A DNA stretch of 64,000 nucleotides from Rebecca billardiae RCC1528. Taxonomy: Eukaryota > Protista > Haptophyta. Below the pieces are notes generated by a model, which made no database searches, was not told where the DNA came from, and saw nothing but the letters and a program-made list of their open reading frames with translations. A program made the position numbers and the translations under genes. Positions within the stretch are counted from its first letter, which is position 1, and every line of letters begins with the position of its first letter. Of this stretch, positions 33,752 to 45,400 are shown piece by piece. Where the stretch lies: the NCBI GenBank assembly GCA_965240325.2, contig OZ251240.1, forward strand, positions 682,001 through 746,000. Direction: 5' to 3'.

Positions 33752-34900
33752 TTATATGCCATATATATAAACTGTGCCCTGGCGGGCGGGGGGGTCGGCG
33801 GGCCGTGCCAGTGCTGTCGCAATGTTTCCTCTGCGGGTTCGCGTCTTTCCACAGCATTCGCTCGTGGCCGTGGGTGACGGACAGTCGGACCAGTGACACC
33901 TGTGAGTGTGCCAGTTCTCCAACGCGGTGCGGTACGCGTCCGTGTGCATCAGCGAGGCCCACACCCACGAGGGAATGTGCAGCACGCGGGGCGAGGCGGG
34001 TAGCCCGTTGCTCCACGCGAGCGCGGGTACGCGCTGTATGTGCCGCATCTCGACCGCGATGGCGTAATCGAGCGCCTCGCCACCGACAAAGCCGCCAGAG
34101 TAGATCATGTGCATGTCCTCCTGCCGCCAGCCGAGAGCGGTCGTCGCGAGGACGCTTGCCGATGTCCGCTCTGGGCATGATGGGCTCGGCGCAGGTCGCG
34201 TTGACATCGTACACGGCCGCCAGGCTGAGCACCAGCGCGTTGACGTTCACGCGGTCGTCGCTCTTCGCCTCTTCGACAGGTCTGGCACCCGCGTGTTTGG
34301 CGTCACGAGGAGCTGTTGGTTGTGCGCGCGCGCGCGCACAGCGACAGCGTGTGCCACTCGCGATCGAGAGTGGGCACGAGCTGCTCACGCAGGCACACGA
34401 ATCGCAGCGCATCCGTTACCGGCGTGACGACGTCGGCCTCGTCCCGCAGCGCCTGCGCCATGGACGAGGATGGCGCGTCGATGTTGCATGCTCGACGATT
34501 CATCTCTCTGCGGATGGCATCACGGGCTTGTCTGTGTCGCGCTGCGGCGAGGGTCGCCAACTCGCGAAGACGCGGTTGCTGCCACGGCGACAGACCCGGG
34601 AGGTGCGTCCGCTGCGCGTCGTACGCCGTTGGCGGCTTCCGTCGCATTGGTCACCGTCGACGCTCGCTATGCACGCCGGACGTGGGCTTCGGCTGAGGAG
34701 TGAGGGACCGCGAGCGACGCAGAGTCCGGCGCGCGGATTCCGGCGATCGAGTTCAGCAGGCCGCGCCAAATCTTGCGTCGCGTGCGATGGCGCTTCCCGC
34801 CCGCGAGACACCTCGTGTTGAGTGCGTTTCCGCACCGAGCGCGCCTGAAGCACTGGGCACTCTCCTGCACAGTCTTGTCTCCCCCATCCCAAGCTGAGCT
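33752..34900 (-). pseudogene. Degraded coding-like sequence, possibly a transposon-borne Ulp1/C48-like remnant
   Basis: Broken frames with protein-like segments (HMIYSGGFVGGEALDYAIAVEMR...VLHIPSWVWASL). No catalytic residues are identifiable. Confidence 0.25.
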
Positions 34901-36011
34901 AAAACACCTCAGAACGACGTGTTTCTGCGATTTGGACGATGGTGTGGCCATCGCGTGGGCAGCGGACAGACTCGCTACTTCAGCTCCAGGCACGCTTCGA
35001 GCCGATGCGCGAGGGATCGGGGGCCTCGCACCAGACTACTCCCGCGTGGAAGCGCCCATCTCTTGGCGCTCAGCCCCGCTCGTCTCGCCTACATTGCCGG
35101 CGTGTAAGCCCACACGCGCAGCAGTCGCACCGCGGCACGGCGTTGACGAGCGTGCACACTCTGAGGAGTGCGATGCCGAGCCTTAAAGGAATGCAGGGCC
35201 CCTGCAAGTACTCACACACGCCCGATGAGACACATCACACCGACGCACGTCGATGTGTGACGCGGAGACGACCTCGGCGGCGGCGCCACCGAGCGGCTGG
35301 CAACGCGGCTCACCGCCCCGGCCCTCCCCCCAAACTAATTCTATGATTTAAAGACACAGGCACGAGGGCGCAGCTCTCCTGATTCGTCTGTAGTGGTACT
35401 GGTCGAAGCTTGCAGCAGTGGCAGTGGTGTGAGCACGTTGACGTTCAGGTCGCCATGGTGGACGTCGTTGTTGTCGATGTATGGGTACCAAATCAAAGGC
35501 GAGTGAGCATAAAGACTGGCCGCAGCAGAGAGCCTCGATGGAGGCCGTTTTGAACGCGCTCGCGCGCGGCGAGGTGATCTGTGTAGGGTCGTTCGGCGCT
35601 GTGGGCGCCTCGAGGGCGTCAAGGTAGACCGCGCCCAAGCGGCTGTCGCCCCCTGGATCGGCCTCTCCGCGCCGTGCGAGGCCGCGGCGCGCGGGCGGTA
35701 GACGACCTCCTGTCTGACGGCCGAAGGTCCGAGTGGTCAAGCCCCAGTGCGTTTCGCCAGCGGCGCACGCCAGCCTGACGGGCGGCCGGGCCCCGCGTTT
35801 CCGCAAATGCGCGAAAATCTTTTTTTGCGTCGATTTCACGGTACAGGTGCTATGGCTGAACGAATTTTTCCGGCGGCGCTACCATCGGCGACGGCTTCAT
35901 GGGCGGTGACAGTTGGCGGGCGTCAATCTCGCCTGCCTGAGCTGTGTGCGTCTCTTATTCTTAGTAAACTGTATTTCTGGACGATGCCGTTTTCTGGACA
36001 AGCGCGTGGCC

Positions 36012-37434
36012 ATGGTGAAGCGCACCGACGAGTCGCCCGCCAAGCGGCGCAAGACGCCAGCAGCGCGCATCGCCAACCCCCGGAACCAGGCGGAGTACGC
36101 CATCAACAAGTCCAACCACGACGAGAAGCAGCGGCAGCTGCGCACGGCGCTGAAGTGGTGCCGCGATGAGGCAGACGCGGGGCGTGCGAAGGGCGCGGTC
36201 GACCGCGCGATCAGCTCGGATCGGTGGCCCGCCTTCATCACGTCTACCTCAGCCCGCCGGACACAACGGGGCTGACGCAGCCGCTCGACCAGATCAACCA
36301 GGTGCTGCACTACTACTGCTCGGTGAGTACCAAGAAGTGGGCGCGCTACCAGCAGTCGAAGCTGCTCGCGCAGCGCATGCGCGAGGTGCGCGCCGATCTC
36401 GGCGACGATGAGATCAACCTCGAGGACGCAGTCGACGGCGACGGCGATGACGACGATGATGAGGGCGGCAGCGACGACGACGGCGACGGGGGCGACGACT
36501 CGGCCGAGGAGGGGCGGCGACGCGGCGCGGGCGAGGGCGCGAAGAAGTCTCTCTCGAAGCGCGACTTCCTCCTTTTCCTGGGCACTCGTGGGAGGGCTTC
36601 TGTAAGAAAGAGAGCGTCATCGGCGCCTTCAAGCGCTGCGGCATCACCGCAAGCGGCGTCGACATCGGCTTGATGCAGCAGGACAAGTTCGCGGTCGCCG
36701 ATCTGCTGCTCAACCCCGAGCGCGTGTTCGAGGCTGCTCCCGCGGCCGCGGAGGGCGCCGGCCACCGCGGTGCGGTGCGCCGCGCGATCGACTACGGCGC
36801 CGGTGGCATCCCGGCCGAGTACACGCCCGTGTCCTCCACCCACCGTGCCGGCTCGACGCTCGACCTGCATCACCGTCTCTCCGAGCAGCAGACGGTGATC
36901 GAGAGCCTCCGTGCTCAGATCAAGTGGCACGAGACGACGGTCAAGATGCCCAACGCCGAGGAGGCGGAGGCGCTGCTGCCGTTCGACGTCGTGGGCAAGA
37001 AGGTCGAGGGCGGCCGGAAGCGCGCAAACAAGGAGAAGTTCGGTTCGGCCGAGCTGGTCTGCTTCCTCGAGGGCCAGGAGGCAGCCGATGAGGCGGCTGT
37101 GACGGCGGCCGCCGATGCCGAGGCAAAGCGCGCTGCGAAGGCGGCACGGCGCGCCGAGACCGAGGCCGCGGCAGCTGCGAACGTCGACCAGCGCGATGCG
37201 CTCGAGCGCGCCTTCAAGGCCTGCGAGAGGGCGCGCGCCAACTCGGCTGAGCCATGCGCGTGCGGCGCAGATTCGGCCGCGACGTGCACGTGCCGGACGC
37301 ATCACTTCTGTCCGCATTGCAGGCGCGTGCAGAAGACGGCATGGAAGAAGCAGAAGTGCCAGCCGCATCTCGTGGGTGCGCCTTCGGAGGCTGTCATCGA
37401 CATCGAGTATCGACACGACGATCACGATGGATGA
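36012..37434 (+). pseudogene. Internally deleted and frameshifted pogo/Fot1-family (DDE_1) transposase
   Basis: An NLS-bearing N-terminus jumps directly to VYLSPPDTTGLTQPLDQ (pogo P..T..LQPLD motif), then SVIGAFKRCGI and a C-terminal Cys cluster. Two frameshifts; the first two catalytic Asp regions are missing. Confidence 0.8.
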
Positions 37435-37520
37435 CGCTTAAGGTGTGATGGAGGGTAGCTGGGAGCTCAGATCAGATCAGCTGCGAGCGCAGCGAGCAGC
37501 ATTAAGGTGGCTGGCGACGA

Positions 37521-38752
37521 ACAATGATGAATGATGACGATCGAAATGTTTCGCGCGCTGTGGCGAGCGACGCTCAGGATCGGTCTGTGCGCCCCGACAT
37601 AACGCCGCAGTCTGAATCACTCACAGTGCGGCGTACGCGCCGTACGCCGGCCGCGTTTCGCGCGCGGGCCAACCGCTCCACTGACGGGTCTGACGCCAGG
37701 CACTGCTACTGTGGAGTATGAAATCTTAATGCGAGAGTATATCGTCAGCGCTGCCATCAGCATATTGAGGTGTGCGTACACATATTCAGACGCGCGCGCA
37801 CTCGCATCAGTGATCAGACGTCATCAGCGCCCAGCTGGCCAGCATTCCGATCAGGTTCAGACCCTGTCGTCTCAGTCGTACTGCATGCCGGTCTCAAGCG
37901 CAAGGATCGCTCCCGTCTGTGCCTCGGCCGCCGACGGCGCGTACAGTTTGGTGCGCAGGCAGTCGACCTCCTCCGGTGCGAAGGTGCGCTCGCTGTGGCG
38001 GTCGCCCAGGCACATCATGCCCGTGGATGAGACGCCTGCGATGGCGTGCGGCACGCTGCCGGGGTGGCTCGAGCTGCCCGCTGGCTCGGCAGCTGCTGTG
38101 TCGGCAGTCACGGAAGAGGTCGCGTCAATGATGAATGATGACGATCGAAATGTTTCGCGCGCTGTGGCGAGCGACGCTCAGGATCGGTCTGTGCGCCCCG
38201 ACATAACGCCGCAGTCTGAATCACTCACAGTGCGGCGTACGCGCCGTACGCCGGCCGCGTTTCCGCCTTAACCGTTTCGCGCGCGGGCCAACCGCTCCAC
38301 TGACGGGTCTGACGCCAGGCACTGCTACTGTGGAGTATGAAATCTTAATGCGAGAGTATATCGTCAGCGCTGCCATCAGCATATTGAGGTGTGCGTACAC
38401 ATATTCAGACGCGCGCGCACTCGCATCAGTGATCAGACGTCATCAGCGCCCAGCTGGCCAGCATTCCGATCAGGTTGACCCTGCGGGCCTGTCGTCTCAG
38501 TCGTACTGCATGCCGGTCTCAAGCGCAAGGATCGCTCCCGTCTGTGCCTCGGCCGCCTACGGCGCGTACAGTTTGGTGCGCAGGCAGTCGACCTCCTCCG
38601 GTGCGAAGGTGCGCTCGCTGTGGCGGTCGCCCAGGCACATCATGCCCGTGGATGAGACGCCTGCGATGGCGTGCGGCACGCTGCCGGGGTGGCTCGAGCT
38701 GCCCGCTGGCTCGGCAGCTGCTGTGTCGGCAGTCACGGAAGAGGTCGCGTCA
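37521..38752. repeat. Tandem duplication of a 606-625-bp unit
   Basis: The unit starting CAATGATGAATGATGACGATCG occurs at 37521 and 38126, near-identical apart from small indels. Confidence 0.95.
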
Positions 38753-39127
38753 GCGTGTGAGCAGCTGCCTGCCGCGCTAGGCGCGACATCGTGCTGCTCG
38801 TGCGTGTCGAGACTCGCGTACACCTCCGTGGCGATCGCGGCGCCGCCATCGTCGCCAGCTGACTAGTTTCGTCGTAACGCAACGAGCTTCGCGCACATTC
38901 ATCGTTATTCCTGCCACATTTACTGCGCGCATCAGGACGAAACCCAACCCCGCGTCGTCGGATCCACCGTGCCACCAATAATTTGGTGAACGAGGCGCGG
39001 CACTGCGCCCACGCATGCGTGCGTGCTGCTCGGCCCGGATGATGCTTGCTGTGCGTGCCCATGCGACGGACCTGTGTGCCATGCACCGCGCTGGCATTGT
39101 TGCCACGTCCCACCGCACCGTCGCCGC

Positions 39128-39465
39128 TCGTGTTGCCACTGCTGGTGCTGCCTCTTCTGTCTCTGCCTCTTCTGTCTTCGTGCCACCACTCGACCCCTGC
39201 CATGCACGTGCGAGGCTGTTGCCCGTGTGAGAGAGGTGCTCGCCCGTGTGTTTGGGGCAGTTTCTGCTGTGCTTGCGAACCTGTTGGTCAGAACGCTCGT
39301 GTTGCCATTGCTCGTGCTGCCTCTTCTGTCTTCGTGTGCCGCTCGACCGCTGCCGAGCACGTGCGACGCTGTGGCTCGTGTGAGAGAGGTGCTCACCTGT
39401 GTGTTTGGGGCAGTCTCTGCTGTGCTTGCCAACCTTTTCTGCTGTGCTTGCCAACCTGCTGCTCA
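39128..39465. repeat. Two diverged ~170-bp direct repeats (minus strand KHSR[DN]CPKHTGEHLSHT) in a degenerate ORF
   Basis: The CGTGTTGCCA...GTGAGAGAGGTGCTC..CGTGTGTTTGGGGCAG block occurs twice. Confidence 0.7.
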
Positions 39466-40950
39466 GAACAGATCCGACGATGACGATTGCCTGTGCCGCC
39501 GTGTTAGCAAACTCCCAGGCCAGCCCACGACTGGCAGGCCTTGGGTCGGCTCTTCCTCCGCTGCGGGCACATCTCTTTCTCCATGGATACCGGACTTTTT
39601 AAGTCCGGGCTCTATGGGGAGCTGAGCAATCTGCCGAGCGGAGCAAGAGCTGATATAAAAAACAGCGTAAGACCCTAGCAGTAGGTTTGTATCACGGGGG
39701 TAGCTGTCGTTAACGACTCGCCGCAGCGGAGTGATGACACGCCTAGTCTTTGATAGATGATCGGCCGGGACGAGACTGCTCGGGTACTCGTCTGTCTCGT
39801 GTGTCACGGCCGGTCACGGTGCTCCGCGCCGAGCGGCATCCGGACACAGGGGCGTCATGGCATGCCGACGCCGACGGCGCGCCGCTTCAGGCCGCGCGCA
39901 GCAGCGCACGGTTACCCCGGAGTGGGTGGCGACGCTGTCGCAGGAGGGCGTGGGCTCACAGAACTGGTGATCTAGCACATGGTCGGCTGATGAGACTGAT
40001 CGCGTGCAGAGCTGAGCTATCAGATAGCTGCATGACAACGCGGGTGCTTTGTGAGAACGCGTAGCATGTGCCAGGCACCGAACGCAGGTGAATGGACTAG
40101 TGGAGCAGAGAACGCGTGGTATATGCCTGGACTAGGTCGTCAAGTAAGTCCAGCGAGCTACTGCGGCCCTTCCTGTCCGGTCTCAAGCATTCCTGGCCCA
40201 CCAACATGCGCGCACAGCTTCACGACCGCACGTCCACGGTTTGTCCAGAAAACGGCATGTGCCCAGATCTGGGCTATGACGAAGTCGAGCACGTTGCTCA
40301 CCAACGCGATGGCCGATGACGATGAGACTTCGTGTGCCTACCTTTAACTCCACGCTGGTTGGCGTGGTGGGTAAGTGACATTCGGCGGGGCTGGCATGTG
40401 CCGCCTTTGGCCCTCCTCCGCCTGCTAGCACGGCTCGACTGCAACCGTCGCCAAAGCCAAGCGTTGCCCACTGAGTCTGCTTCTGCCCGCGACACGAGCT
40501 TGAATGGTGCCTAGAGCGTGCGCGCATATGACGCACATACAATGCCTCTCTCTTCAGATAGCGCGCGCCTGACTCCCGCAGCACATCCTGTGCGATGACG
40601 CCATGGCGTAGGCGCCGGCGCCGGCCTGTTGTCGAAACGCATCAACTCGGCCAGTGAGCATGGGCGCAGAAGACGCCGGGAAGCCGAGACATGAGCGCCG
40701 GAAGGGGTTCCGAGGTACTACCAGACCAGCCCACCTGGCGCGCCGTCGCATAGCCCTCGCCTACGCGCACGCGCACGACCAGGGCGAAGCTGCCCGCGCG
40801 GCGGACGGCCATTTCTTTTCAAATGTTTTCGCCGAGTCAGTGGCCGGCCCCCGACGGAGCTTGGCGTACTGGGCTGGGACGGGTGGGAGAGCCGCCGAAG
40901 CGGCCAGTCTTTATGTTGGCGTCGGCAAGGCCAAGGGAGTCACCCTCAGC

Positions 40951-41070
40951 GGCCAGGACGACGACTTCCTCAACGGCAAGGGCGACGACTTCCTCTGCGG
41001 CCAGGGCGACGACTTCCTCAACGGCAAGGACGACGACTTCCTCAACGGCAAGGGCGACTACTCCCTCAAC
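40951..41070 (+). repeat. Five 24-bp tandem repeats encoding G[KQ][GD]DDFLN (RTX-like octapeptide)
   Basis: GGCCAGGACGACGACTTCCTCAAC-type units. Confidence 0.9.
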
Positions 41071-41389
41071 TCGGCAAGGCCACTAGGCCGCGCACACCGG
41101 CCCGGGCGACCACATCCACTACCCGCACTACGGCATCAACTTGAACAGCCTCGGACGACGACGACGCGGGCAACTACATGATGACCAAGGCCGACGACGA
41201 CTGCAAAACAGCGGCATCCCCGGGCGCCTACTACCTCAGTGACCGTGTGATCAGCATCGGTTACGACGACTCCCTCACCCGCGGCCAACGCGCTCCAGCG
41301 ACATCCTCCATTAACTCCATTCAGTACTTCGACAGACGAATCAGGAGAGCTGCGCCCTCGTGCCTGTGTCTTTAAATCATAGAATTAGT

Positions 41390-42478
41390 CAAGGGTGCCC
41401 GCGCCCCAGTGGCGCGCTCGGCGGATGTTGGCACACAGATTTTTGCCCGCGGCCTGCGGCGGGCGGCGGCGAGGGCGTGCTCCGGTGGCGGAGCGAGCGC
41501 ACGGGGCACGGCGCTGCGGGCGCGGATGTGCCCGCGAAGCCGGCGCGTGCGGACGGGCAGTTGCGGGAGAGCATATGGCGCCCTCCTGCGCCGCGCGACT
41601 TGCGCCACGCCTCTTTCGCCTCGGCTCAGAGCAGCGCGCACGCACGCGCCGCCTCAAGGCCAGCCTTGCCGCGCCGCAGCCGGCCGCGCGCGCGCCGTGC
41701 GCGGCGTGGTCGGGAAGGAGCGGGCGCTGCTGCCGGGCGAGATGGCGACATCATGCGCCCACGCCATGCCGCCCCGCCACGCCTTGACGAGTGCGTCGTC
41801 GGTCCGTTTGCATGCCTCTTTGACTTGTCACAAATGGTGTGCACGGCCTCGCGGTCGTGACCCTTGTCGGGACGATCATTGAGACACAGAACAGTGCCAG
41901 ACGGGCACGCGGGCTACTCTTACATGAATGTTCATCACCGCGTGGTCATGCAGAAGTGCTGGGTGCGACGCTTTCCTCGCGCTGATGCTCTTTCATCATC
42001 TTCTTCGAGCTCAGGTCTGGCTTCAGGCACGACAAGTAATCAGCACTCGTCAACAGCTGTGCGGATCCGTTCTCGTGCCCTTTCGCGGCGCCACGGGGCG
42101 GCATGGCGTGCGCACGCGATGTCGCCATCTCGCCCGGCAGCAGCGCCCGCTCCTTCCCGACCACGCCGCGCACGGCGCGCGCGCGGCCGGCTGCGGCGCG
42201 GCAAGGCTGGCCTTGAGGCGGCGCGTGCGTGCGCGCTGCCCTGAGCCGAGGCGAAAGAGGCGTTGCGCAAGACGCGCGGCGCAGGAGGGCGCCAGATACT
42301 CTCCCGCAACAGCCCGTCCGCACGCGCCGGCTTCGCGGGCACATCCGCGCCCGCAGCGCCGTGCCCCGTGCGCTCGCTCCGCCACCGGAGCACGCCCTCG
42401 CCGCCGCCCGCCGCAGGCGTCGGGCAAAAATCTGTGTGCCAACATCCGCCGAGCGCGCCACTGGGGCGCGGGCACCCC
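41390..42478. mobile_element. Foldback element family F, copy 1 (about 390-bp inverted arms, about 300-bp spacer)
   Basis: Begins CAAGGGTGCCCGCGCCCC. 41390-41780 is inverted at about 42095-42478. The body is homologous to 52064-53172. Confidence 0.9.
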
Positions 42479-45400
42479 TTACGTATTTAGTATTTACAGA
42501 CGGTCTCTGCTGGAGACCGTCTGAGGGAGCACGGCCGAACTCGGACTCGTGTGAAGGTCCCTCCCACTGGGACCTTCACACGTCTCGAGGGACCTTCACA
42601 CGTTCGACGAGTGAAGGTCCCTCCGCTGGCGCCGCCCGTTGGCGCTGGATGGGATGGCCGCGTGCGTGCGCGAGCGCCCGCCTCGCGTCGCGCGCCCCGC
42701 GCGCAGAGCGCGCGCTCGGCCGCGCGCGACGCGGCGAAGTCGAGGCTGACATGCCCCTGGCCCACTTCGCGCCGCGCAACGCCGCCCACGCCCATCGCCG
42801 CTCGCACGCGCAGGCCTGCCGCGCACGGCTTGGGCTTTTCAGCACAGGCTGGCGGCGGCGCGCCGGGCCGAGGGCTCGGCCGGTGTTGTGCCCCTCGGCC
42901 AGGCCGAGACTTGGCGGAGGCGCGGGTAGTGCCATCGCCTGCCCAGATCCCGGGCCTCGCCGTCAGAGTGTGCACGCGAGGCGCGCTGTCGTGGTCGACA
43001 GGTGAGGCGCCGCGTGCTCGCCCTCGAGCGGGCAGCGGACATACCGGCAGGCGCGCGCGCACACAGCGGGGCTGTCGAGCTGCTTCCGGCTGGTTCGATC
43101 GACGGCGCATGCCCTGGCCCTGGTCTGGGAGGCGTGCGCGGGTTCGGAGGCCGGTGAACGCTCGGCGCGGACCCACGTGTCTTGCCGGGCACGGTTGCGC
43201 GACAGCTCTGCAGCCAGTCTCGAGGCTGAGTGGCATCAGAGCGCTTGCCGGCGTGCTGGCGGGCTCAGCCGCCGGGCCGATGCCCACGCCTTGGCCGGGA
43301 TGCGACCGGCCTCCGCGTCCTCCGCAGCCGCCTGGAGCCGTCGACCCGCTGCCCACGGCCCGCGGCCGGCGGGCCGGGCTGTCCGAGAGCTCGCGGCACG
43401 CAGCAGGAAGCAGGGCCGTAGAGTGGCAGCGGACGCGCTGCGTCAGCGCGAGAGGGCTGAGGTCGTGAGGGAGATCCTCACCACGTCTGAAAGCGTTCTA
43501 GGAGCTAACGCAGGTTCACGGACCGTAGGCTGCTCGTTGTTCGTCCCGCGACCCGGCAGCGGGCAGCATCAGGCTCGGCTTCCCAGTCGACGGCTGACGA
43601 CTTGATGGCAATCAATCCTTGATCGCGCGCGAGCGTCCGGCGCCATCGCGCCCGGCGAATGCTGGCTGCCGACGACAGTGACCTGAGACGGCCGGACTGT
43701 GGTGCATGCTGCTCGTTGTGGCAGGCTCGGCCAGGCCGAGACTTGGCGGAGGCGCGGGTAGTGCCATCGCCTGCCCAGATCCCGGGCCTCGCCATCAGAG
43801 TGTGCACGCGAGGCGCGCTGTCGTGGTCGACAGGTGAGGCGCCGCGTGCTCGCCCTCGAGCGGGCAGCAGACGGACCGGCAGGCGCGCGCGCACACAGCG
43901 GGGCTGTCGAGCTGCTTGCGGCTGGGCAGCTCGACGGCGCGTGCCCTGGCCCTGGGCTGGTAGGCGTGCGCGGGTTCGGAGGCCGGTGAACGCTCGGCGC
44001 GGACCCACGTGTCTTGCCGGGCACGGTTGCGCGACAGCTCGGCAGCCAGTCTCGAGTGGCATCAGAGCGCTTGCCGGCGTGCTGACGGGCCCAACCGCCG
44101 AGCCGATGCCCACGCCTTGGCCGGGATGCGACCGGCCCCCGCGTCCGCCGCAGCCGCCTGGAGCCGTCGACCCGCCGCCCAAGGCCCGCGGCCGGCGGGC
44201 CGCGCTGTCCGATAGCTCGCGGCACGCAGCAGGCCGCAAGACGCGCTGCGTCAGCGCGAGAGGGCTGAGTTCGTGAGGGATATCCTCACCACGTCTGGAA
44301 GAGTTCTAGGAGCTGAAGCAGGTTCACGGGCCATAGGCTGCTCGTCATTCGTCCCGCGAACCGGCAGCGGGCAGCATCAGGCTCAACTTCCCAGTCGTCG
44401 GCTGACGACTTGGCAATCAATCCTTGATCGCGGTCCTTCAGCTACGAGCGCCCGGCGCCACCGTGCCCGGCACCGGCTGGCTGCCGACGACAGCGACCTG
44501 AGACGGCCGGCCGGTGGTGCATGCTGCTCATTGCCGCGTCTGAATGTACGTGGTGCAGAGCGCGTCACGGCCGGTCGTTCTATACGCGATAGATCCGCCG
44601 CACTAGCCTCGGGCCGCACCGCCGGCCACCGGGTGTTCGTTGCCATTGGGCCCGGCGGTGCGGCGCGCGGCACCGGCCGGCGGTCCACTGCTGACACTCG
44701 TTCCGTCACGGCAGCTTCTAGGAAGCCAGTCGCGTGGGCATAGCGCGCCTCTCTGCCCACGCGGCATGTGGGATGATGTCAGGCTGCCGGATGTGACTGG
44801 CTTGGACCACTGACCAGGCTGCGGGAGCATGTCGCTGATGCATTCCAGAAGACTTCTCAGGGGAACCAGACGACGACGGACGAGTGTAGGCTATACTTCT
44901 AATGCTGCTGCACTTGCTTGAGAAGGGCCACTCGTCGTGATCAGTCGAGTCGTCAAGTGATAATGACGCCAGAATCGTCGCGCCACGTGCCGGCACCGCT
45001 AGAAGGCAGAACAACTCGCGCGTAGTCCCGCTGAGAGCGTATGTACGGTATGGCTGCGGCTGCAATGCGCAGTCGTCTGACGCAGTCATCATCAGCCAGC
45101 ACTCAGCAGGAGCGCAGCTTATGATGCTGGCCCGCCGTATCGTCTGCAGGCGCCTGCCCAAGGTGGCAGTGGGGCGGGTCGGACGCGGTTGAGTGGCACG
45201 TGACGAACTCCGAGTCGCGATGACGTCTCATGCTGCTGGTCCGCGCAATGACTCAATCGATACGTACTGCGCCGCGCTGGCGCTAGGTCGGATGTCGACT
45301 CTGACAAGGCCGAGCAGCAGCCTACGGTCGCAAAAGTAGTCTAAGTCAGCTCATCGAACTCCACCAGACGGGGCAGTGCCGATCATCTCTCTCATGGACT

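Larger units (their letters stand above)
35338..41385 (+). mobile_element. pogo/Tc1-mariner-type element, 6.05 kb, with 54-bp perfect TIRs, TA TSD and cargo
   Basis: 35338-35391 is the exact reverse complement of 41332-41385. TA flanks at 35336-37 and 41386-87; the solo TIR at 19441 also ends AGAAT-TA. Contains a pogo-like transposase remnant. Confidence 0.85.

Noticed and set aside
39900-40330. SWIM-finger / Mutator transposase remnant on the minus strand
   Set aside because: It needs a frameshift and substitutions at ligand positions, and no DDE core is recognisable.
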